From assembly GCF_052068215.1 (NCBI RefSeq), contig NZ_JBQHCV010000011.1, forward strand, positions 242,003 through 274,002: 32,000 bases of DNA, in the 5' to 3' direction. The position numbers and the translations under genes were made by a program. Numbering within the stretch: position 1 is the stretch's first letter; every line of letters starts with the position of its first letter. Shown in pieces: positions 8,612-16,771 of this stretch. This stretch comes from Nonomuraea sp. H19. GTDB taxonomy: Bacteria > Actinomycetota > Actinomycetes > Streptosporangiales > Streptosporangiaceae. The notes under the pieces are model-generated. The model saw only the letters and a program-made list of their open reading frames with translations, made no database searches and had not been told where the DNA came from.

Positions 8612-11600
8612 ATGCCGGGCGGATGGGAGGTGCTCGGGCTGCCCGGCGACCCCGCGCCCGGGAACCCGGGCGAGGTTCGGGGACTCGCCGGCCGGCTGCT
8701 CAAGGAAGCGCAGCTCGCCGAGGACAACACGGCCAAGTTGACGGCGGTGGCGGGTGGCAGCTCGGCGTTGCGGATGCGCGGGGATTACGCGGCGCGGTAC
8801 GCCGAGGCGCTGGGCGAGCTGCCCGGCGAGCTGACCAAGCTGGGCAAGGCGTACCGGGGCGCCGGGAACGCGCTGATGGCCTATGCCGGTTCGCTGGAGC
8901 AGGCCAAGACCCAGGCCGGTACGGCGCTGCGCCAGGGCCAGACGGCCGACGTCCAGTACCGGGGCGCGTTACGGGAGGTACAGGCGCAGCTGCCGGGCGC
9001 GGGCGCGGTGGGGAGCCTGGCGGAGGCGGAGTCGGCGGTCGGCGCGGCGGATCCGGCGGTGCAGGCGGCGGTGCGGCCGGCGGTGCAGCGGGCCCGCGCC
9101 GCCGACGCCGACCGGGCGCGGGCGCGGCGGATCGCCGATGAGGCGGCCCAGTTGCGCGGTGATGCCGAGAGCCGGGCGGTGCGGGAGATCGATCAGGCGC
9201 TGGCGGGCAGCGGCATCAAGAACAAGTCGTTCCTGCAGAAGGCGTGGGACGTGATCTCGACGCCGTTCCGGTCGTGGGATGACTTCGTGTCGTTCGCGGG
9301 CAAGGTGGCGCTGGTGGCCGGGCTGGTGGTGCTGGTGATCGGCACCGGCGGGCTGGCCGGGGTGGTGCTGGCCGGGGTCGCGGTGGCGGCCGGGGCGGTG
9401 GTGCTGGCCGACGCGCTCAACAAGTACCGCCAGGGCAGGGGCTCCTTGGGGCAGGTGGCGCTGGCCGCGGTCGGGGTGATCCCGGGCGGCAAGAGCATCG
9501 GCCTGCTGGCCCAGGGGGCCAAGGCCGTGACCGGGCTGCGCGGCGCCGCCGCGGCCGTCCGCGGCGGCGGAGGCACGCTGCTGGGACTCGGCGCGGCGGG
9601 GATCCGCGGCGGCCGGGCCGCCCTGGGAGCCGGGGCGACGTCGATCCGCTCGGCGATCCAGGCGGGCGGGTCGCGGGCCGGTGCGACGGCGACCGCGGCC
9701 TGGCAGCGCGGCCGGCAGTTCTTCAGCAAGGACCCGGTGCACTTCCCCACCGGTATCGTGCTGCTCCCGCAGACGGACGTGGACCTGCCGGGGGCACTGC
9801 CGCTGCGGCTGGAGCGCACACATCTGTCCAGCTACCGTACGGGGCGCTGGTTCGGCCGATCCTGGGCCTCGACCCTGGACCAACGCGTGGAGGCGGACGC
9901 CGAAGGCGTGTGCCTGGCCACCGCCGGCGGCGCCGTACTCGCCTTCCCGCATCCCGAGCCCGGCCAGGCCGTCCACCCCGACGACGGTCCCCGCCTGGCA
10001 TTGCGCGCGGAAGGGACCGGCTACACGGTCACCGACCCGCACACCGGCCACACCACCCACTTCGCACCATTACCGCAAGAGGATTCGAAGGTGCTGCCGA
10101 TCGCGGCGATCACCGACCGCAACGGCGACCGCGTCGACTTCCACTACACCGACGGCCTGCTCACCGAGGTGACCCACTCCGGCGGCTACCACCTGGACAT
10201 CGAGACCGCGCACGGCCGCATCGTGGAGATCCGCCTGCGCGGCGCCGGCCAGAGCCTCGTCTCCTACGCCTACGACGAGGCCGGCGACCTGACCGAGGTG
10301 ACCAACTCTTCTGGCCTGCCGCTGCGTTTCACCTACGACGACGACGGCCGGATGACCCGCTGGCACGACCGCATCGGCACCTGGTACGCCTACACCTACG
10401 ACGGGGAAGGCCGCTGCGTTTACGGCACCGGCAAGGACGGCATCTTCAACACGGAGATCAGCTACGGGGACGGCGTCACCCGCGCGTACGACTCACTGGG
10501 CCACGCCACCACGTACCACTACAACGACCTCCTTCAGGTAGTCGCCGAGACCAACCCCCTCGGCCACGTAACCCGCTACCACTGGGACCACTACGACCGC
10601 TTGCTGTCGCAGACCGACCCGCTGGGCCGCACCGTGCGGTATACCTACGACGAGTTCGGCATGCCGCTTTCGATCAGCCGCCCGGACGGTGCCACTCGTC
10701 GCCACACCTACAACGACCTGCACCTGCCGGTCACTATCACCGACTACGACGGCAGCGTCCACGCGTTCGAATACGACGAGCGCGGCAACATCATCAGCGA
10801 CGGCGACAGCCGCTTCACCTACAACCAGCACGGACACCTGGCCGCGATCACCAACGCCCTGGGCCACACCTGCAGCGTGCGAACGGATGCTGCCGGGCTG
10901 CCGGTGGAGGTCACCGATGCGCTGGGCGGGACGACCCGCTATGAGCGCGATGCTTTTGGGCGAGCCACCGCCATCACCGACGCCCTCGGCAACACCACCC
11001 GCTACACCTGGACAGTGGAGGGCAAGCCGGCCAGTCGCACGCTACCTAGCGGCGTGACCGAACGCTGGCGGTATGACGGGGAGAACAACCTCATCGAACA
11101 CGTCGACGCGCTCGGCCGGGCGACCCACACCGAAGTCGGCTCCTTCGACGTGGCCACCGCACTGACCACCGCGGGCGGTGCCCGTCTGGAGCTCGCCTAC
11201 GACACCGAGTTGCGCCTCGCCCAGGTCACCAACCCCCAGGGGCTGACCTGGCACTACACCTACGACGCGGAAGGCGACCTGATCCGGGAGACCGACTTCA
11301 ACCACCGTACGCTGACCTACGTCCGGGACGCGGCCGGCAGGTTGATCGAACGCGTCAACGGGGCCGGAGAGTCCACCAGCTACACCCACGACGTTCTGGG
11401 CCAGGTCATCGAGCAGCGCTCGGAGGACCGCGTCACCACGTTCGCCTACGATGCGCTCGGCCGCCTGACCTGGGCGGTGAACCCGGATGCCGACCTGCGC
11501 ATCAGTCGAGACGCTCACGGCAGGATCACCGCCGAAACCTGCAACGGGCGCACGCTCACCTCGGCCTACGACGCACTCGGCCGACGCGTACACCGCCGCA

Positions 11601-13036
11601 CCCCCTCAGGAGCGGAAGCGGTTTGGGATTACAACCCGCGCAACCAGCCCAAGATGCTGCAGACAGCCGGCCAGACGGTCGCTTTCGCCTATGATCCAGC
11701 GGGCCACGAAATTGGTCGAAATTTCGGCACAAACGTCTCGCTGATTCATGACTGGGACCCCGACTCCCGCCTCCGCGCCCAGACCCTCCGCACCGGAAAT
11801 CGGCTCATCCAGCGGCGCACCTACGACTATCGCCCAGACGGCCATCTCATTCAGATCGACGACCTGCTGTCCGGCCGCCGCCACTACGACCTGGATCCGG
11901 TCGGCCGCGTTACCGGTGTCCAGGGCGCGAACTGGTCGGAGCGCTACACCTACAACGCCGCCGGCCAGATCACCGACGCCACATGGCCGGCGTCGTCGGA
12001 CGCCCGCGGCCCTCGCGCCTACACGGGGACAATGATCCGCCAGGCGGGCCGTACGCGATATGAGTACGACCGTCAGGGCCGGGTGACCCTCCGCCAGCAG
12101 AAGGGCCTGTCATCGAGACCCAGGACATGGCGCTACACGTGGGACGCCGACGACCGCCTGACAGGCGTCACCACGCCGGATGGCGCGACCTGGCGCTACT
12201 TGTACGACCCCCTCGGCCGCCGCGTAGCGAAAGAACGGGTGAACGGTTCCGAGCGTACGGATTTCGTCTGGGACGGCCTCACCCTGGCCGAGCAGACCAC
12301 CGAGGACCGCACGACGGTATGGGACTGGATCCCCGGCACCTTCCACCCTCTCTCCCAGACAGAGCGCCGAGCCGATTCCCAGGAGTGGATCGATGAGCAG
12401 TTCTACGCCATCGCCACTGACTTGATCGGCACCCCTGCCGAACTCGTGGATCCAGACGGCAACCTGGCCTGGCGCACGAGGCAGGACTTGTGGGGAGCCT
12501 CGACCGACCTTGTCTCGACCGGAGCCGACTGTCCCTTGCGGTTCCCTGGCCAGTACGCGGACGAGGAGTCCGGTCTTCAGTACAACTACTTCCGTCACTA
12601 CGACCCGGCCAGCGCTCATTACCTGGCAAGCGACCCCATCGGCCTCTCCGGTGGCTGGAACCCGCACGCCTACGTGGACAACCCGAAGTCATGGTGCGAC
12701 CCGCTGGGGCTGAGCCCGTACGGGACCTCGATCTGGAGTTCGACGAGCAGCAGGACGTCGGTCGAGAACGCGTATGGTCACTGGCGCAGCCACGGGCGGG
12801 AATTCCCGCACCTGAACAACGCGAAGGAATATGTGGAGGAAGCGACGGGCTTCCTGACCGGCGGCCATCCGGGCACGCTCACCAGGCACCGGCCGAACGG
12901 CGACGTCGTTCGCTACAATCCGCAGACCGATCAGTTCGGCGTGCGGAACGCGCAGGGCGTTCCGCGAACATATTTCATACCGGACCCGCAGGTCCACGGA
13001 TATCCGACCAATCTGGACTACTTCAATGCCCAATAA
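8612..13036 (+). CDS. Rhs/YD-repeat polymorphic toxin with N-terminal helical secretion-signal-like domain and a TM block
   Basis: N-terminus: WEVLGLPGDPAPGNPGEVRGLA...YAGSLEQAKTQAGTAL. Hydrophobic block: VALVAGLVVLVIGTGGLAGVVLAGVAVAAGAVVLA. DUF6531-like block: DPVHFPTGIVLLPQTDVDLPGALPLRLERTHLSSY..FGRSW. Dozens of YD repeats (YTYDxxGR). Rhs core end: RFPGQYADEESGLQYNYFRHYDP...NPKSWCDPLGL. Confidence 0.95.
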   Translation: MPGGWEVLGLPGDPAPGNPGEVRGLAGRLLKEAQLAEDNTAKLTAVAGGSSALRMRGDYAARYAEALGELPGELTKLGKAYRGAGNALMAYAGSLEQAKTQAGTALRQGQTADVQYRGALREVQAQLPGAGAVGSLAEAESAVGAADPAVQAAVRPAVQRARAADADRARARRIADEAAQLRGDAESRAVREIDQALAGSGIKNKSFLQKAWDVISTPFRSWDDFVSFAGKVALVAGLVVLVIGTGGLAGVVLAGVAVAAGAVVLADALNKYRQGRGSLGQVALAAVGVIPGGKSIGLLAQGAKAVTGLRGAAAAVRGGGGTLLGLGAAGIRGGRAALGAGATSIRSAIQAGGSRAGATATAAWQRGRQFFSKDPVHFPTGIVLLPQTDVDLPGALPLRLERTHLSSYRTGRWFGRSWASTLDQRVEADAEGVCLATAGGAVLAFPHPEPGQAVHPDDGPRLALRAEGTGYTVTDPHTGHTTHFAPLPQEDSKVLPIAAITDRNGDRVDFHYTDGLLTEVTHSGGYHLDIETAHGRIVEIRLRGAGQSLVSYAYDEAGDLTEVTNSSGLPLRFTYDDDGRMTRWHDRIGTWYAYTYDGEGRCVYGTGKDGIFNTEISYGDGVTRAYDSLGHATTYHYNDLLQVVAETNPLGHVTRYHWDHYDRLLSQTDPLGRTVRYTYDEFGMPLSISRPDGATRRHTYNDLHLPVTITDYDGSVHAFEYDERGNIISDGDSRFTYNQHGHLAAITNALGHTCSVRTDAAGLPVEVTDALGGTTRYERDAFGRATAITDALGNTTRYTWTVEGKPASRTLPSGVTERWRYDGENNLIEHVDALGRATHTEVGSFDVATALTTAGGARLELAYDTELRLAQVTNPQGLTWHYTYDAEGDLIRETDFNHRTLTYVRDAAGRLIERVNGAGESTSYTHDVLGQVIEQRSEDRVTTFAYDALGRLTWAVNPDADLRISRDAHGRITAETCNGRTLTSAYDALGRRVHRRTPSGAEAVWDYNPRNQPKMLQTAGQTVAFAYDPAGHEIGRNFGTNVSLIHDWDPDSRLRAQTLRTGNRLIQRRTYDYRPDGHLIQIDDLLSGRRHYDLDPVGRVTGVQGANWSERYTYNAAGQITDATWPASSDARGPRAYTGTMIRQAGRTRYEYDRQGRVTLRQQKGLSSRPRTWRYTWDADDRLTGVTTPDGATWRYLYDPLGRRVAKERVNGSERTDFVWDGLTLAEQTTEDRTTVWDWIPGTFHPLSQTERRADSQEWIDEQFYAIATDLIGTPAELVDPDGNLAWRTRQDLWGASTDLVSTGADCPLRFPGQYADEESGLQYNYFRHYDPASAHYLASDPIGLSGGWNPHAYVDNPKSWCDPLGLSPYGTSIWSSTSSRTSVENAYGHWRSHGREFPHLNNAKEYVEEATGFLTGGHPGTLTRHRPNGDVVRYNPQTDQFGVRNAQGVPRTYFIPDPQVHGYPTNLDYFNAQ
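12713..13036 (+). other. C-terminal variable toxin domain (107 aa) of the Rhs protein, family unassigned
   Basis: Starts right after the DPLGL cleavage motif (12698-12712). Sequence: SPYGTSIWSS...VENAYGHWRSHGREFPHLNNAKEYVEEATGF...VVRYNPQTDQFGVRNAQGVPRTYFIPD. GC is visibly lower than in the YD-repeat body. Confidence 0.65.
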
Positions 13037-13292
13037 TGGCAATCTGTACTGTCGAGTCTGCGGACTGCTTCAGAAGGGCCCGCCGTGGGGCGAGGACGGA
13101 AGAACGCCTTCGTGGGACATCTGCGCCTGCTGTGGAATTGAATTCGGCTATCAAGATGCCACGCCGGCGGGTGTCCTCCGAGCCAGGAACGCGTGGATCG
13201 CCAAAGGATGCCCTTGGTTTGACGAGCCGAAGCGACCTCCGGGTTGGCACATGGAAGAGCAGCTCGCGCACGCTCAAGACGTGGACGCGTGA
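13026..13292 (+). CDS. Small Cys-rich (CxxC...CxxC) protein; candidate cognate immunity protein
   Basis: The ATG lies 11 nt inside the toxin gene end. 88 aa, containing YCRVCG...ICACCGIEFGY. It is in the classic immunity position directly after an Rhs C-terminal domain and in the same lower-GC patch. No clear SD. Confidence 0.55.
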   Translation: MPNNGNLYCRVCGLLQKGPPWGEDGRTPSWDICACCGIEFGYQDATPAGVLRARNAWIAKGCPWFDEPKRPPGWHMEEQLAHAQDVDA

Positions 13293-13478
13293 GGGGCGCC
13301 TCGACCCGCCGGTCCAGAATGAGCCTGTCCGACCCCGTCCGGTGCGCCGCCGCTGAGGTCGAGACCCGGTGGTCTCAGGGCCTGATGGCCAGATCAGTAA
13401 TGGCCGTCGCTTTCGTGCTCGACGTTTGTGAACTTGCCGGTTCGCAGGGCCTCTCTGGCCGAGGCCATCCGGGTGTGG

Positions 13479-14384
13479 TCACGAGGACAGCGCGTCGCGG
13501 ATGACGGTGATCAACGTCTGCTGCAAAGGGGACAGGCGCTTGTCTGTGCGCCAGACGACGAAGACCGGCAGGCGCGGCTGGGTGCCGGCGATCCGGATCT
13601 CGTGAAGCGCGCCTGTGGCCAGTTCTGCGGCCACCGAGGCGCGAAAGAGCAGCGCGACGCCGAGCCCGGCGCGGACGGCGTGTTTGATCGCCTCGGGGTG
13701 GCCGAACTCGATGACCACCTCGCGGTCGGTGACGCCGAGTTCGGCGAGCGCTGTGTCCTCCAGGTCGCGCCGGATGGAGGAGCGCGGCGTGGCGACGAAG
13801 GGCAGCCGGGCCAGTTCCTCCACCGAGATGCTGTCGTTCACCGTGCCGGGCGCGCCGGCGAGCACGAGATCCTGGTGACCGGCGAACTGCCCGGTGAGGC
13901 CGCGGCTGTGGGGAATCCGCGGGGCGATCGGGACGGCCAGGTCGCACAACCCGGAGGTGACGGCCTCCCAGATCTGGTTCGGGTCGAACACGTGCGCCGC
14001 GATCCGCGCGCCCGGATGGGCCAGGGCGAAGTCGGTGAGGACGGGCGGCAGCAAGTAGCTGCCCACGGTCATGCTGGTGGCCACGGCCACGGCCCCCGCG
14101 GTGCCGCCGGCGAGGCCGGCCAGCTCGCGATCGAGCTCGTTGCCGCGGCGCAGTGTGTCGCGGGACCACCGGTAAGCGATGTGGCCCGCGTCGGTGAGCT
14201 CCAGGCGCTGGCCCACGCGGTGGAACAGCTCGACGCCCAGCCGTTCCTCAAGCGAACGGATGTGGCCGCTTACGACGGGCTGCGAGACATACAGGTGGGC
14301 GGCGGCGCGGCCCACGCCTCCCTGCTCCACGACAGCGCAGAAGACCTCGAGCTTGTGCAGGGAGATGCGGTTGTCTATAGCCAT
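13479..14384 (-). CDS. LysR-family transcriptional regulator
   Basis: N-terminal HTH LHKLEVFCAVVEQGGVGRAAAHLYVSQPVVSGHIRSLEERLGVELFHR followed by a substrate-binding domain. Start is ATG at 14384; the longer tracked ORF extension is rejected. Confidence 0.9.
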   Translation of the reverse strand: MAIDNRISLHKLEVFCAVVEQGGVGRAAAHLYVSQPVVSGHIRSLEERLGVELFHRVGQRLELTDAGHIAYRWSRDTLRRGNELDRELAGLAGGTAGAVAVATSMTVGSYLLPPVLTDFALAHPGARIAAHVFDPNQIWEAVTSGLCDLAVPIAPRIPHSRGLTGQFAGHQDLVLAGAPGTVNDSISVEELARLPFVATPRSSIRRDLEDTALAELGVTDREVVIEFGHPEAIKHAVRAGLGVALLFRASVAAELATGALHEIRIAGTQPRLPVFVVWRTDKRLSPLQQTLITVIRDALSS

Positions 14385-14495
14385 ATGACTATGAGTATCG
14401 CAAGATATTCGTCTTTGCCCCCTGTTGTAGGTGGTCCTAGCCTGATCCAGGCATCCATTCCCGCATATGGGTCGCCTGCGGAAAGGACCTTCCCG

Positions 14496-15293
14496 ATGAC
14501 CACGTTCACCTACCACGGGGCAGACGGCCACCCGTTGCACGCCACCACGATCGGCGCCGACGGACCGCCCCTCGTCCTGCTGCACGGTGGCGGCCCCGAT
14601 CATCACAGCCTGCTGCCGCTGGCCCGCCGCCTCGCCGACCTGCACACCGTGATCCTCCCCGACGTACGAGGCTACGGCCGGTCGGTCTGCGCCGATCCCG
14701 CCCGGCACACCTGGGACCAGTACACCTGCGACGTGCTCGCCCTGCAGGATCACCTGGGCATCCGGAGCGCCGTGCTGGGCGGCACGGGCCTGGGCGCTAC
14801 CGTGACCCTGCGTACCGCGCTCGCCCACCCGGACCGCGTCCGCGCCGCCATCCTGATCGGCGTTGAGGACATCGAGGACGACCAGGACAAGGAGGCCGAG
14901 ACCGCGTTCCTCGACGCGTTCGCCGCCCGAGTGCTCGCCGACGGCGTCGAGGCGGCCTGGGCGCCGATCCTGGAACGGTTCCCGCCGGTCATCGGCGCCA
15001 TGGTGCGCGACGCGATCCCGCGCTCGGATCCGGCCAGCATCGCCGCGGCGGCGGCCATCGGCCGCGACCGGGCCTTCCGGGGCCTCGACGAACTCGCCGC
15101 GATCAGCTCGCCGACTCTGGTCATCCCAGGAACCGATCCGCGCCATCCGAGGGAGCTCGGCGAGCAGGTCGCCGGGGTGCTGCGCAGGGGCCGCCTCGCG
15201 CCGGTCGCCGTCTCGGCCGACCTGCACACCGCCGACGACCTCGCGGCGGCGATCGTCCCGGCGATCCGCGCCTTCCTCAGCGACCCTCGCTGA
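14496..15293 (+). CDS. Alpha/beta-hydrolase fold protein (non-canonical nucleophile elbow)
   Basis: PPLVLLHGGGPDHHSLLPLARRLADLHTVILPDVRGYGRS ... AVLGGTGLGATV ... PTLVIPG. GGAAAGGA lies 7 nt before ATG 14496. Divergent from the LysR gene. Confidence 0.85.
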   Translation: MTTFTYHGADGHPLHATTIGADGPPLVLLHGGGPDHHSLLPLARRLADLHTVILPDVRGYGRSVCADPARHTWDQYTCDVLALQDHLGIRSAVLGGTGLGATVTLRTALAHPDRVRAAILIGVEDIEDDQDKEAETAFLDAFAARVLADGVEAAWAPILERFPPVIGAMVRDAIPRSDPASIAAAAAIGRDRAFRGLDELAAISSPTLVIPGTDPRHPRELGEQVAGVLRRGRLAPVAVSADLHTADDLAAAIVPAIRAFLSDPR

Positions 15294-15295
15294 CC

Positions 15296-15760
15296 ATGGA
15301 GAACGGCACGCTGCTGGTCCGCGATGGACACCTCTACACCGCCGACGAGAGCGCGCGCACCCACCGGGCGGGTTCGGTGCTGGCCGTGAACGGGCGGATC
15401 GTCGCGGTGGGCGAGACACCGACGGTGGACCTGGCCGCCGCCGCGCTGAGCCGGCGAGAGCGCGCCAGTCTGCGCACGATCGACGCGAGCGGGATGCTGA
15501 TCCTGCCCGGCTTCGTCAACGCGCACTGGCACGAGGTGCTCGCCAGGGGCCTGTCCCAGTTCGGGCCGCAGGATTACCTGCCCGGCCGGCCCGGCACCGC
15601 GTCCGGGGTGACACTCGGGCTCGCTGTGAGCGTCGGCGGGCTCAGCGCCCCCGCACTGGGCGCGGCGGCCGAGGCGTACGGACCTCAGGGCGTCTTCACC
15701 ATATTGTGTCTGGTCCCGGTGGCCGCCGTCATGCTGGGCCTCTTCCTCCCCCGCGAATGA
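15296..15760 (+). pseudogene. Chimeric relic: amidohydrolase N-terminus fused in frame to an MFS-transporter-like C-terminal tail
   Basis: Residues 1-~85 are VNGRIVAVGE...IDASGMLILPGFVNAHWHEV, an amidohydrolase start with the HxH metal motif. The remaining ~300 residues of such enzymes are absent. The tail GVTLGLAVSVGGLSAPALGAAAEAYGPQGVFTILCLVPVAAVMLGLFLPRE looks like the last TM helices of a transporter. Confidence 0.55.
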
Positions 15761-15914
15761 CGGCACAAGCGGACGATGCCCCCAGGTCCGGGCATCCGCG
15801 AAGGTCGGCGCGGGCGCCGGCTGGGGGAGACCAATCGTGATCAAACAGCCAGGCCGGCAAACGTCCAGCTCAGCAGGTTACTGCGGAAGAGCTACACCCA
15901 TCGCGTTCCGCTTC

Positions 15915-16508
15915 TCAGTTGCGGACCAGCGGCGCGGCGAACCACTGCTGGAGCAGGCTGCCACCCTTGCAACTGCCGACGCCCACCTCGGCGTTGCCCC
16001 GCACGTTGGGCTGAGCGCTGGTCAGGCACTTCTTGGTGGCGAAGTTCTGCATCCTGAAGGCGTCCTTGAAAGGTGCGGGCGCGTCGTTCGCCAGCTTGAA
16101 CGCCCACTTCTGGGTCTGCTTGCCACCCACGCACCGGGCGACGAACAGCCGACCTGCGCTGTCGGCCTCCAGACACACGGTCTGCCCGCGCACGAGCTTC
16201 CTGCTGACCAGCTTGCCGCCGTTGATGAAGTTCCACTGCTGCTCGACGTCGTTGCCGCCGCGGGCGAACCTGCTGAAGACCTGGCCCTTGCCGCTTGCGC
16301 CGACGTCGCCGACCTCCAATGTCAGGTTGGTCTTGCGGTTGCTGATGTTCAGGGTGCCGGCCGGCGGTGCGGCGGCCACCGACGCGGCGTCGGCGGAGGC
16401 GGCCATGGGGGCGGCGGCAGCCGCGGCGACCAGGGCCGCGCTCATGGCGCCGAGCGCCGCGCCACGCCGGAGGGTACGGGCGGCGCCAAATGACAGGGCA
16501 TGCTTCAT
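15915..16508 (-). CDS. Secreted ricin-type beta-trefoil lectin domain protein
   Basis: Signal peptide with RR (ARTLRRGAALGAMSAALVAAAAAAPMAASA). Three QxW-type repeats (EQQWNF, TQKWAF, LQQWFA) and paired Cys. AAGGAGAAAGACC precedes the ATG. Confidence 0.85.
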   Translation of the reverse strand: MKHALSFGAARTLRRGAALGAMSAALVAAAAAAPMAASADAASVAAAPPAGTLNISNRKTNLTLEVGDVGASGKGQVFSRFARGGNDVEQQWNFINGGKLVSRKLVRGQTVCLEADSAGRLFVARCVGGKQTQKWAFKLANDAPAPFKDAFRMQNFATKKCLTSAQPNVRGNAEVGVGSCKGGSLLQQWFAAPLVRN

Positions 16509-16771
16509 GGTCTTTCTCCTTGTGGATCATGACAAAGCGTCCGCCGTGCCATGGAGGTCGACTGATCTGGCCACAGCCCCGCATCACTAGTGGGAGCCGG
16601 CAGGGCACGAACCTAGGCACGGGCACTGTCCACTCTCCAAGCCGGTTTCTGACCAATCGATGCTCGACCGACCAGCCCGTCCCAACCCGGCCCTCCAGGT
16701 GCCGCGCCCCGGCCGGCATCCGCGCGCGCCGGCCATCGCTCGAGGGCTGATGAGCACTTCTCGGACGATGA

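Noticed and set aside
7588-8736. 382-aa ORF antisense to the coupled 7.2-8.6 kb cluster
   Set aside because: It overlaps four translationally coupled + strand genes, including a recognisable WXG100 protein. It has no motifs and a shadow-ORF composition.
9900-12500. Repetitive DNA or a mobile repeat family inside the Rhs gene
   Set aside because: The periodicity is at the protein level (degenerate YD repeats). I see no long identical nucleotide repeats, so this is not a mobile or tandem DNA element.
13293-13478. Orphan toxin-immunity cassette or terminator after the immunity candidate
   Set aside because: Only a weak 6-bp hairpin (gagacc-cggt-ggtctc, about 13359-13374) is present, and no ORF has a recognisable pattern. 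The evidence is insufficient.
13428-14495. N-terminal 356 codons of the tracked 621-aa + strand ORF, and the 646-aa - strand ORF extension beyond 14384
   Set aside because: Only the LysR part (13479-14384, -) and the hydrolase part (14496-15293, +) show family motifs and ribosome-binding sites. The remainder mirrors the opposite-strand gene.
14385-14495. LysR T-N11-A box in the LysR-hydrolase intergenic region
   Set aside because: The region is AT-richer and contains ATAG-N8-CTAT overlapping the LysR start codon. The spacing does not fit T-N11-A cleanly, so I do not call a site.
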